A stretch of 64,000 bases of DNA from NCBI GenBank assembly GCA_035476575.1, contig DATILL010000020.1, forward strand, positions 307-64,306, given 5' to 3'. Source of the DNA: Mycobacteriales bacterium. GTDB taxonomy: Bacteria > Actinomycetota > Actinomycetes > Mycobacteriales > JACQDL01. This document shows positions 27,377-36,385 of the stretch, piece after piece (positions within the stretch are counted from its first letter, which is position 1; every line of letters begins with the position of its first letter). A model generated the notes under the pieces. The model was not told the origin of the DNA and searched no databases. It saw nothing but the letters and a program-made list of their open reading frames with translations. The translations under genes and the position numbers were made by a program.

Positions 27377-27404
27377 TGTCTGGCTGTTGCCCGGCGGGCG
27401 GGTG

Positions 27405-28235
27405 TCAGTTGAAGGTGAAGTTCGCGGTGTGGTTGGTGCCGTCGGTGAGTTGGAGGATGAGGGTGCGGCAGGTGTCCTTCCAGGCCCTGTCGGTCTTCCA
27501 GACGTAGGTGTACCGGTCGGTGGCGGAGTTGTAGGTGAGGCTGCTGCCGCCGGCGGTGACGGTCTGCTCGATCGGGTCGATGGGGTCTCCGGTGTTGCAG
27601 GTGACGTTCTGGGAGGCGGGATAGCCGTCGTTGAAGATGTTCAGGCCCTGGTCGCCGCCAAGGCTGAACTTCACCGGGACCGCGGCCCCGGCCTTCATGG
27701 AGTTGACGGTGGGCGGGTTGTCGACCGGGGCGAAGAACCCGGTGAAGTTGAACGTCGGGGTGGGGTTGGTGATGGTGGTGGTGGTGCTGTCGGTGCCGGT
27801 GACGTCGCCGGACACGGCGGCGCTGGCGGTCACTGTCCCAGCGGCGGTGGGCAGCACGGTCAGGGTGATGACTCCCGTGGGGTAATGGGGGACCGGGCTA
27901 CCGCACTGCGCGTGGGTGCCGGACACACTGAAGCAGAAGAGGAGCGGGTTGGAGACGGTATAGCCGGTGAAGGTCGCTGCCGCACCGCTGAGGTCGACGG
28001 TGACGTCGTAGGGGGCGTTGTTCGGACCTGTATTGGGAATGGTTACGGTGTAGGTGTAGCTGGTGTTCACCGGCACGGGGTCGGCCGAGTCGGTGATCTG
28101 GATGACCGCGTCCGCGTGTGCGGGGCCGGTGACCATCGACAGACCGGCGATGCCGAGCGCGGCGGCCGAGGCTAGGATGGTCAGCCACCGGCGCTGCGTT
28201 CTGCGCGGCTGAACGGCAGGAGCGGATAAAGACAT
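27405..28235 (-). CDS. Secreted protein with a DUF11-like repeat and a C-terminal PxKF domain
   Basis: Signal peptide MSLSAPAVQPRRTQRRWLTILASAAALGIAGLSMVTGPAHA. C-terminal FTGFFAPVDNPPTVNSMKAGAAVPVKFSLGG matches the PxKF pattern. Confidence 0.7.
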   Translation of the reverse strand: MSLSAPAVQPRRTQRRWLTILASAAALGIAGLSMVTGPAHADAVIQITDSADPVPVNTSYTYTVTIPNTGPNNAPYDVTVDLSGAAATFTGYTVSNPLLFCFSVSGTHAQCGSPVPHYPTGVITLTVLPTAAGTVTASAAVSGDVTGTDSTTTTITNPTPTFNFTGFFAPVDNPPTVNSMKAGAAVPVKFSLGGDQGLNIFNDGYPASQNVTCNTGDPIDPIEQTVTAGGSSLTYNSATDRYTYVWKTDRAWKDTCRTLILQLTDGTNHTANFTFN

Positions 28236-28984
28236 TGTGTGTCCCTTCTGTTCTGAACCGCTTGCCACGCTGGAAATATCTCTCTCGGTTCGGGCAGCGT
28301 GGCACCTTTGGACGAACGAGACCGTCAGTGGATCAGAGGTTGTCTCACCAGGATGCGGGCCGGGAGTCACTTACTGCCAGCGCGTGAAGTAGCGGGTACG
28401 GCTGCTCCCTGTACAGGTGATCACCCGCTGTCCGCATTCCTGTATCGTCACCACTGAGTCTCGCACAGCAGAGTCGAACAGGCCTGGGCCGAAAGGCTCT
28501 AATCGCACAGCGCCGATGGCTCTACCGCCGTTTCTGTGGGTGCCTTGAATCGGTCAGACCGGCATAGTCGGCCATGGATGACGCTGGCAGCGGGTCGGTT
28601 CGGGTTGCTGGCTGGTGGGGTCGTTTTTGTCGCGTTAACCGCGGCGCTGCTGCCGGTATCCCAATCGGTGTCGGGTCAGCTACGTGACCGGGCAGGCAGC
28701 ATTTCTTGTACGTTCCCGGCGAGCCGCACCAGCATGCTCGGTGAGCAGCTTCTTCGCTGCGGCCTTTCCCACCGGGTTCTCCCACAAGCTGCTCGAGCAC
28801 ATCGCCGCGGGCGGCGCGGTGACGGGGCTGTCCCAGTGGCACGAGAAGATTCCCGGGCCCGCGGGTCATCGCCCGCGACGAGCCGCTGCATCCCAGGTAC
28901 CGCAAGCGGGCCACCGAGCGGGAGAGGACCCGGGGCCGGCGCTAGAGGCTGACCGCCGTCAACGCCACGACCCGGGCACATCGC

Positions 28985-29215
28985 CTGGCTGGACGCCCGG
29001 CACCGGTCCCACGTGCATGTCGAGGACGACGTCAAAGCAGGCCAAGGCCCTCGGGCTGAGCCGGTGGCCGTCACGGCACTGGGCCATCAACGTGGCCTGG
29101 GCCGCCGTGGTGGCCCTGGCCGCGGCCCTGCTCGCCGCGTTCCGGCACCTGGGCCTACCCGCCGGCGACCTGCACGACGCCGCACCCAAGACGCTGCGGT
29201 TCCGGGTCTACGTCC
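28985..29215 (+). pseudogene. C-terminal remnant of an IS1380-family transposase
   Basis: LDARHRSHVHVEDDVK, then a frameshift, then QAKALGLSRWPSRHWAINVAWAAVVALAAALLAAFRHLG...KTLRFRV. Homologous to the C-terminal third of the transposase at 25683-27136. Confidence 0.5.
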
Positions 29216-29369
29216 GAAACCTCGGCCACGAGAACGTCTACAAGGAAACACCAGCCAGGTACCGGCGAACACCGCATCCACACGTTCCCCTGGCGCCTCG
29301 CCTGGCAAGCCCTTTTCGACTGGCCAGAGCGCGAAGGGTCAGGGGGCCGCATGTTCCGGCTCCTGCCGA

Positions 29370-29672
29370 TCAGTCCGGTGCGGTGGTCGGCACCTCGACG
29401 ACGAGGTCGGCGTAGTCCGGATGCCGCTCGATCCAGCCCTTGATGAACGGGCACAGCGGCACCGCCCGCAGCCCCTTGGCACGTATGTCGTCCAGCGCGG
29501 CCCGGACCAGTGCGCTCCCGACCCCGTTGCCCCCGACCGACTTGTCCACCTCAGTGTGGGTGAACACCACCAGTCGGCCGCGGCGGTGGTAGGCGGCGAG
29601 CCCGACCTGCCGGCCGTCGAGCTCCACCTCGTACCGCTCTTTGTCCGACACGTCTGTCACCGTCACATCCAC
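29370..29672 (-). CDS. Small GNAT-fold N-acetyltransferase (YjdJ-like)
   Basis: About 100-aa protein, DKERYEVELDGRQVGLAAYH...HTEVDKSVGGNGVGSALVRAALDDIRAKGLRAVPLCPFI. GTG start at 29672 or 29666. Confidence 0.7.
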   Translation of the reverse strand: MDVTVTDVSDKERYEVELDGRQVGLAAYHRRGRLVVFTHTEVDKSVGGNGVGSALVRAALDDIRAKGLRAVPLCPFIKGWIERHPDYADLVVEVPTTAPD

Positions 29673-29917
29673 GCCCCACAGTCTGCCCTGGCTAGCTGGC
29701 GACACGCCCGCGGCTAGTCGCCGGCCCGGTCCAGCGTGCGGGTGTGCGCGGCAAGGCCCGAGACCGGTAGCCCCCCGCCATGGGTGGACAGATTGCGTGG
29801 TCCTAGTCCGCATTCTGTCCACCCACGGACACACCGCCCGTATCAGGCCGGGCGCCGGGCCCTCTGTAGCGATACCGCCCCGACTCGCCGGGCGGGGGAC
29901 ACGGGGGAGGCAGTCAC

Positions 29918-32722
29918 ATGGGAGTGCGGAAGAACGCGAAGCTGTTAACCGCTGCCGAGCGGGAGGCCTTTGTCCAGGCCTGCGTGCTGATGAAGGCGGA
30001 CATCGTCAACCCCGGCGCACCGGCCGCTGACCAGTACAGCAAGTGGGACGAGCTGGTCGCGATCCACCGCATGATCCAGAATGCGAACGCGCCCGGCGCT
30101 CCCAACGTGAACTTCGGCCACGGCGGGCTGGGGGCGTTCAGCTTCCTGAGCTGGCACCGGTACTTCCTCCACGTCTTTGAGCAACGGCTGCAGGGCTACG
30201 TCCCCGGCGTGATGCTGCCGTACTGGGACTGGACCGATCCGGCGCCGCTGCTGACCGACACGTTCCTCGGGCCGAACGGTGTCGCCGGCACCAACGTCGT
30301 GAGCAGCGGCTACTTCGCCCCAGACGCCCCGGGCACCGGCGGCAACCCGACGCCCATACCCGTCTGGTGGCCCGCCGGGCTGACCGGGTGGAACCTGGCC
30401 AACGGCTTCGGCACCCTGTCCGGGCCGCTGCGGCGGCGGACCTCGCCCGTGTCGGGGCTGCCGAGTGTCACCGACCTGCAGACCGTGCTGGCCCGGGCCA
30501 CCTACTCGTCGTTCCAGAACACCCTGGAGGGAGGAGCGGGGCTGGCCTCCGGCAACCAGCTCCACAACGGCCTGCACGGCTGGGTCGGCGGCCCGAACGG
30601 GCACATGAGCTCGCTGACCGGCTCGCCGTTCGACCCGATCTTCTACCTGCACCACTGCAACATCGACCGGCTGTGGGCCATGTGGCAGCTCGACGGCCAC
30701 GCCGACGAGTACCCGGTCAGCGGCGGCAGCCCCCAGCACCACCGCAACGACATCATGTACCCGTGGACCGGTGGCGCCCCCGGCTACAGCAGCAACCTGT
30801 CGTTCGGCGCCATCGTGATGCCGGACTTCAGCGCCCTCGGCGCCCAGCGCAACGTCGACACCCTGGACCACCGGGCGCTCGGGTACACCTACGACTGCCT
30901 GCCCGTGATCGGCCTCGGGCTCGACCGCACCGGCAGCATGCTGGGGATGACCCCGGACCCGATGACCGTCGCGGCCCCCGACGTCACCAAGTGGGAGGCG
31001 GCCAAGCGCGGTGTGTCGGCGTTCCTGCAGGACTGCGAGACCGTCTATGCCAGCGGGGTCACCTACGTCACGGCCGGTGTCAAGACCTTCCGCAGCCTCG
31101 GCACGGGCAACGACTTCACGCCGGTCTTCCCCGGGACGCCGTATGGCTTGGTGAAGAACGGCGGCGCCTACAGCCGCGCCGTCTTCGACAGTGCTGTGGC
31201 CGGCCTGACGCCGGGTGGCGGGACGCCGCTGGCCGACGCGCTGACGGACGTGCAGAACACCCTGGTCACGCCGCCGTTCGGGTCGGTGCCGGCGGACGAG
31301 CAGCGCTACCTGGCCATGCTCACCGACGGGCTGCTGACCAGCGGATCGCCGCTAGCCTCGATCCCGGACGGGAGCCTCGCCACCACGGCGATCTTCGCGA
31401 TGGGCTTCGGTACGGCGGCCGACGTCGACTACGCGACGCTGGCCAGCGTGGTGGCCAAGGGCCGCACCCTGCCCACCGGCCAGGTCTTCCACGGCGAGAA
31501 CGCCGGCACGATCGACAAGTTCTACTCCAACGCGCTAGCCCAGGCGCTCGGCTTCACCGCGGTATTCGACCCGGCGCTGGAGCTGTTCGCCGGGGAGCAC
31601 GTGCACCTGGACCTCAGCGTGACGTCGGCCGACGACGCGGTGCTCCTTACCGCGCAGGGGATGGACTTCGTCGACGAGAACTGGAGCTTCATGCTCCTCG
31701 GTCCCGACGGCGAGGCGGCGTACGGCGACGGCATGGGACACGGGGGCGCGGGACACGGAAGCGCGGGGCACGGCATGGCGATGGGGCCGCGGCCGCACGT
31801 CACGGCCCGGCGGGCGACCGGACGCCTGTCCCTGCTGCTGCAACGCGACAACGCCGACCATTCAGCCTGGGTGGGCAACTGGCGGCTGATGGCCGCCTAC
31901 CGCGCCCCGGACATGGGCGCCATGGTGATGGCCGACCTCGGTGAGCTGATGTACCCGGTGGCCGCCGGGCCGGTACGGGGGCCGCGGTGGTCCCGACTGC
32001 TGCGCCGGCCGACCGCCCGGCAGCCGGCGCGCAGCATCGTCGCCGCACCACGCCACCGGCTCGACATCCGGCCGGCGGGCACCAACAACGACCGCAGCCA
32101 GGCGTGCAGCCTGGTCGTCAACTTCTACGCCCGCACCCGGCTGCGGCTGGAGCTGGTCCCGCGGAAGGGCAGCCGGACGCCCGGCAAGGAGCTCGCCTTC
32201 GACCTGAGCACGGACGTGCTGGCCGGCACCGCGTCCGTCACCCGGACGTTCGCCCGGCTGGTCGCACCCTCGGTCGACCTGCGGTCGCTGGCCAGCTCGC
32301 AGCAGATCACCGACCTGCCCCGGTCGGCCCGGATCAAAGGCGCCAGACCGGCCCGGCTGGACCAGGGCCGGGTGCTCGCCGAGATGGAGAACAAGGAGGC
32401 CGGGCTCGGCCAGCCCCGCGATGAGGAGCTGCACGTCGTGCGCCACGGGGACGGTCCGCCGCACGTCCACATCGAGGACACCACGGTCGCCGGCCCGTAC
32501 CACGTCGGGATGTACGTCGAGGGCACCTACTGCCCCGACGGCGGCGACACCGGTACGGCGACGCACCAGCACGAGGCGCCCGATGCACACGCCGAGGGCG
32601 GAGCAGGCCACGACAGTGGGAAGGGCCACGACGACGGCAGTACCCATAGCCCGAACTGCGTTCTGGAGCACTTCGGGCGGCTGCTCACTGCCTCCGCGGC
32701 GATAGAGCCCGAGTCCCGCTGA
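29918..32722 (+). CDS. Tyrosinase (type-3 copper) domain fused to a vWA domain and a His-rich C-terminal region
   Basis: CuA: FGHGG...SWHRYFLHVFE. CuB: HNGLHGWVGG...FYLHHCNIDRLW. vWA/MIDAS: LDRTGSM...GGGTPLADAL...MLTDG. His-rich tracts GMGHGGAGHGSAGHGMAMG and THQHEAPDAHAEGGAGHDSGKGHDDGSTH. No signal peptide. Confidence 0.8.
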   Translation: MGVRKNAKLLTAAEREAFVQACVLMKADIVNPGAPAADQYSKWDELVAIHRMIQNANAPGAPNVNFGHGGLGAFSFLSWHRYFLHVFEQRLQGYVPGVMLPYWDWTDPAPLLTDTFLGPNGVAGTNVVSSGYFAPDAPGTGGNPTPIPVWWPAGLTGWNLANGFGTLSGPLRRRTSPVSGLPSVTDLQTVLARATYSSFQNTLEGGAGLASGNQLHNGLHGWVGGPNGHMSSLTGSPFDPIFYLHHCNIDRLWAMWQLDGHADEYPVSGGSPQHHRNDIMYPWTGGAPGYSSNLSFGAIVMPDFSALGAQRNVDTLDHRALGYTYDCLPVIGLGLDRTGSMLGMTPDPMTVAAPDVTKWEAAKRGVSAFLQDCETVYASGVTYVTAGVKTFRSLGTGNDFTPVFPGTPYGLVKNGGAYSRAVFDSAVAGLTPGGGTPLADALTDVQNTLVTPPFGSVPADEQRYLAMLTDGLLTSGSPLASIPDGSLATTAIFAMGFGTAADVDYATLASVVAKGRTLPTGQVFHGENAGTIDKFYSNALAQALGFTAVFDPALELFAGEHVHLDLSVTSADDAVLLTAQGMDFVDENWSFMLLGPDGEAAYGDGMGHGGAGHGSAGHGMAMGPRPHVTARRATGRLSLLLQRDNADHSAWVGNWRLMAAYRAPDMGAMVMADLGELMYPVAAGPVRGPRWSRLLRRPTARQPARSIVAAPRHRLDIRPAGTNNDRSQACSLVVNFYARTRLRLELVPRKGSRTPGKELAFDLSTDVLAGTASVTRTFARLVAPSVDLRSLASSQQITDLPRSARIKGARPARLDQGRVLAEMENKEAGLGQPRDEELHVVRHGDGPPHVHIEDTTVAGPYHVGMYVEGTYCPDGGDTGTATHQHEAPDAHAEGGAGHDSGKGHDDGSTHSPNCVLEHFGRLLTASAAIEPESR

Positions 32723-32804
32723 CAGTTCGTGCTCGACGGCCGACCCGGAGAGATGATTCTGGAGGCACGGAATCCTACGGAGTCGAGAATATGACGCGCG
32801 ATAT

Positions 32805-33263
32805 TTGAGCTCCCCCGGCGGCAGCGCTGAGGCGAGGTTCCAAGAGGGCCTGCGCTTGGCCAAGACAACGGGTGCCAGCGAGCTGGAGTCCAGGGTCGCA
32901 TCAGTCGGTGGGCGACTTGGCCGCGCGATCCCGTTCTTCGGCTGGGGAATCGCCACGGCAGGCGTCGGCTACGACATCCATACGGGCAAGGATCCCGGTA
33001 AGGCGATCTTCTCCGGACTCGCCGGCGCCACCGGAGCCACCGTGGTTGGCTCAATGGTTGGCGGTCCCATAGGACTCGCCGCCGGTGCCGCGGTTGCCGC
33101 CGGTATTGCCGTTGGGCTGGGTGCGGACTGGTTCTACGACCACGTTGTCCCCGATGGTGTGAAAACGAAGATCGACGAGGGTCTGCGGGCCGTCAGAAAC
33201 TCGATCGGAGACGCTGGGAGAGCCATTGGCGATACGGCGAAGGGTGTGTGGAGCATCTTCTAG
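32805..33263 (+). CDS. Glycine-zipper membrane-associated protein (possible orphan toxin-like C-terminal module)
   Basis: TTG-initiated ORF. GLAGATGATVVGSMVGGPIGLAAGAAVAAGIAVGLG glycine-zipper stretch. The start is uncertain. Confidence 0.4.
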   Translation: MSSPGGSAEARFQEGLRLAKTTGASELESRVASVGGRLGRAIPFFGWGIATAGVGYDIHTGKDPGKAIFSGLAGATGATVVGSMVGGPIGLAAGAAVAAGIAVGLGADWFYDHVVPDGVKTKIDEGLRAVRNSIGDAGRAIGDTAKGVWSIF

Positions 33264-33312
33264 CCCCGAACGAACGACGTGGGCTGCATGGCCAGCCCGC
33301 TGTGGCAAGCGA

Positions 33313-34016
33313 ATGGATGACGCGATGACTCGGATCGCTGGGCAACGGGCTGAGGCACTGCCGTGGCCGGAGGCATGGCGAAAACCACCGCGGGTCAGGA
33401 GTATCCTCGCCGTTGTTTTCTGTCTTTTCTTCGGCGGCGTGGGGGTGGCCGCTGGGGTGTCTGCGCTCTCGCCCGGCCCCGACGATGGCCGGGCGCTCCT
33501 GCTCGTCGTCGCCAGCCCGCTTCTGTTCGGGACTGCCGGGCTGGTCATTGTGACCCGACTGTGGCTGAGCCGTCGACATACATCGGCAGCGCGTTCCGAA
33601 TATGTAGGGTCGATCGGTGTACAGGCACTGGTGATCCCTTACTCGCTGGCTTTGGGCATCCTCTACTGGGTGATCCTGGGGGCGACGATCGCGTTCCTCG
33701 CCATCATTGCCGCTGGTACCGTTGTCGCCCTGGCCACCGTAACCTTCGCAGACCCAGCTCTGCTTGTCCTGTCCGTGGTCTGCATCGGGTTTGCCGCGTA
33801 CCTCTCCTGGTTCGCCGTCGAGGCGCTTCGCGGGCGTGGAGGCAGCCCGAGCTTACACTCGCACCACACACCGCCATCCGGGGAATGTACCTCTCGATTG
33901 ACCCCGCGCTCGCATTTCATACGCTGTGCTACTACAAAGCGCATCCCGATGCCCGCGTCGAGCTGGGCGGTCAGACCGCGGTGGACCGAGTGCGCAACGG
34001 CGACGTGCTGACGTGA
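33313..34016 (+). pseudogene. Multi-pass membrane protein with a probable frameshift near 33840
   Basis: Frame of ORF 33226-34011 gives 4-5 TM helices up to ...EALRGRGG. A protein-like, high-GC3 tail (PELTLAPHTAIRGMYLSIDPALAFHTLCYYKAHPDARVELGG...) continues in the frame of ORF 33363-34016. Confidence 0.35.
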
Positions 34017-34059
34017 CGTCGCAGGACAGGAGACGGTCGTAGCCGCGAGCGGACCGCTC

Positions 34060-34338
34060 CTATTCTCGTGGCCGGTAGGCGTCCGCTCGATGGTCGATGG
34101 CGATGACCTCGATGAGGTGGTTGAGCTCGTCGATGCGGTAGATGACGCGATAGTCGCCACGACAGGCGCTGTGTAGTCCGGCCAGTTGAAGTTGGAGAGG
34201 CTTACCGACGCGGTAGGGGTTGGCTGCGAGGGATCCGTAGAGCAGCTCGACGACGGCGGCGGCGATCTTCTCGGGTAGTCGACGCAGTGCGCGTCCGGCC
34301 GGTGCAGTCCAGGCGATCTCGACCTCGCTGTAGCTCAT
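34060..34338 (-). CDS. RelE/ParE-family type II toxin
   Basis: 92 aa. GDYRVIYRIDELNHLIEVIAIDHRADAYR is typical of the RelE/ParE C-terminus. 4-nt overlap with the upstream antitoxin. Confidence 0.85.
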   Translation of the reverse strand: MSYSEVEIAWTAPAGRALRRLPEKIAAAVVELLYGSLAANPYRVGKPLQLQLAGLHSACRGDYRVIYRIDELNHLIEVIAIDHRADAYRPRE

Positions 34339-34625
34339 TGGCCGGTGGCCAGGCGACGTGCCTCGTCTTTGCTGAGAACGGTGGCACCCGCGGTGGCGAG
34401 GTCCTCCAGGGCTGCCTGGATGTCGCTCATGAGCGGGGCATTGGTCATGACATCGAGTGTCTCCTCCAGTGATTCAAGATCGTCGACACTCAAGACGACC
34501 GCCGCGGGGCGGCCGTGCCGGGTGATCACAATGCGGCCGTGCTCGCGCTGGAGGCGGTCGACGACCTCCGACAGGCGGTTCTTCACATCCGCAAGCGGCA
34601 TCTGCTCGGAGATCGACATAGCCAT
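34335..34625 (-). CDS. Phd/YefM-family antitoxin
   Basis: 96 aa. PLADVKNRLSEVVDRL...IVITRHGRPAAVVLSVDDLESLEETLD is the classical Phd/YefM pattern. Confidence 0.85.
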   Translation of the reverse strand: MAMSISEQMPLADVKNRLSEVVDRLQREHGRIVITRHGRPAAVVLSVDDLESLEETLDVMTNAPLMSDIQAALEDLATAGATVLSKDEARRLATGQ

Positions 34626-34791
34626 AAGTCTAGCCAGGTTGGGTACATGGTGTCGATAGGGCGGTGGCGGTGACGAAGCTGAACGAGTACTGAGCCCGGC
34701 GGGCTACGGCGGATGTGCCGGCCGGCAAGGTCTTGGTACCGCTTGTCACGGACTGCGGTCACTGGGCGTTCACCGATGGGGACCAGAGTGC

Positions 34792-36258
34792 GTGGGCGTG
34801 GAGTGTTGCCAGATCTCCCGCCGGCGGGCCATGGCGCGGGGCGGCCTGGTCGCCGCGACACCGCTCGTGGCGGGCGCCGAGCCCAGTGAGGAGGCCGCGG
34901 CGGCGGTTCCTGTCGCGGTCCCGGCCGGGGCTCTGCTGGTGCAGGACGTCGAGGTGGTCACCGTCACCGACACCTCGGTGGTGGTCACCTGGTTCACCGG
35001 GTCGGCGGTCGAGCTGGACCGGTACGGGCGTCCCGCGCCGGTGCCGACGAACACCCAGCTCCTGCTCGGCGACCCGACCACACCGACCAGCCCGCGGACC
35101 GTCCTGCACGACGAGCGGCCGACCGCATACCACTACGCCGAGGTCACCGGCCTGGAGCCCGGTCGGACCTACCGCTACCAGGCACGCTCCGCCGGCCTCC
35201 CCGCGGTGCCGACATCGTTGCAGTTCCCCGGCAGCAGCGGCTCGCTGGACGCGCCCGGCCTGTTCACCACGCTGGCCACCCCGCCCGGCCGCTACCTGTT
35301 CACCCTCGCCCTGGCCAACGACCTGCACGTCGGCGAGACCACCAGCGGGATCATCGTGGGCGACTTCCCGCCCGCCTTCCAGCAGGACCCGGGCCTGCCG
35401 CCGTACCCGGAGGTCATGCTCACCGCGATGCTGGACGACCTGCGCCAGCCAGACCGCGGCGTACATGCTCTGCTGGTGGCTGGTGACCTGACCGCCGAGG
35501 CCGCGCCGGCCGACCTGACCCGGGTACGGGCGCTGCTGGACGGCTGGGGCGAGCTGGGCCGGAGCTACTTCGTCACCCGCGGCAACCACGACCGCCCGCA
35601 CGTCGGCCCGGCCTACGCCGGCTGTCCGCCGGTGCCCGGCGCGGGCGATCACCACGACTGCTTCGGCGACACCTTCCCCGCGCCCCGGCAGCGGCTGCGG
35701 GCGGCCGAGATCGGCGGGCTGCGGCTGGTCGGGCTGGACACCACGACGCTGGACACCGCCGGCGGCACCCTCGACGACAGCCAGCTCGACGAGCTGCGGC
35801 ACCTGCTGCAGCACGACAGGGACCGGCCTACGCTGGTTTTCGGGCACCACCCGGTGACTTTCGAGGCGGCGGTGACGACTGCGGCCGGGCCGACGTTCGA
35901 CCTCGACCAGGGCCAGGCTCGCCGGCTGGAGGCGCTGTACGACGGCACGCCCGGGGTGTTCCTGCACCACAGCGGGCACACCCATCGCAACAAGCGGACC
36001 TTCGCCCAGGGCAGCCGGCAGGTGGAGTTCCTGGAGGTGGCGGCCACCAAGGAGTACCCCGGCGGATACTCCCTGGTGCGGGTGCACACCGGCGGCTACC
36101 AGGTCAGCTTCTACAAGACCCGCTCCGACCTGGCCCGGCAGTGGAGCCAGCGGACCCGGGCGGAGTACTTCGGCCTCTACCCCGCCTACACCCTTGGCAC
36201 CATCGCCGACCGCAACCACACCGTCGTCCGGGACCTCTCCGGCCTCCACCCCGCCTGA
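34792..36258 (+). CDS. Calcineurin-like metallophosphoesterase, probably Tat-exported
   Basis: SRRRAMARGGLVAA twin-arginine-like N-terminus. ANDLHVGE, GDLT, GNHD, GHHP and GHTH metallophosphoesterase motifs. Confidence 0.75.
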   Translation: MGVECCQISRRRAMARGGLVAATPLVAGAEPSEEAAAAVPVAVPAGALLVQDVEVVTVTDTSVVVTWFTGSAVELDRYGRPAPVPTNTQLLLGDPTTPTSPRTVLHDERPTAYHYAEVTGLEPGRTYRYQARSAGLPAVPTSLQFPGSSGSLDAPGLFTTLATPPGRYLFTLALANDLHVGETTSGIIVGDFPPAFQQDPGLPPYPEVMLTAMLDDLRQPDRGVHALLVAGDLTAEAAPADLTRVRALLDGWGELGRSYFVTRGNHDRPHVGPAYAGCPPVPGAGDHHDCFGDTFPAPRQRLRAAEIGGLRLVGLDTTTLDTAGGTLDDSQLDELRHLLQHDRDRPTLVFGHHPVTFEAAVTTAAGPTFDLDQGQARRLEALYDGTPGVFLHHSGHTHRNKRTFAQGSRQVEFLEVAATKEYPGGYSLVRVHTGGYQVSFYKTRSDLARQWSQRTRAEYFGLYPAYTLGTIADRNHTVVRDLSGLHPA

Positions 36259-36385
36259 ACCACCGCCTCCTGAGCCGACAACGACCTGACGAATGCTCAT
36301 TTTCTGTGGGAACGCCTCTGCTCCTTTGGGCGGTCACGGTGTGGTGGCGCGTGTCGTGTCAGTGGTTGCCCGTACGGTGGCTGCC

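Noticed and set aside
28263-28304. 10-bp inverted repeat TGCCACGCTG...CAGCGTGGCA in the 5' region of the PxKF gene
   Set aside because: It is a plausible 5'-UTR hairpin or operator, but it has no conservation or consensus information. Noted only.
28522-28914. Minus-strand 130-aa ORF containing a SEC-C-like metal-binding motif (CWCGSPGTYKKCC)
   Set aside because: There is no credible start or RBS. It lies in mobile-element debris and overlaps other remnant frames. It could be a fragment of a decayed gene, but it cannot be supported as a functional CDS.
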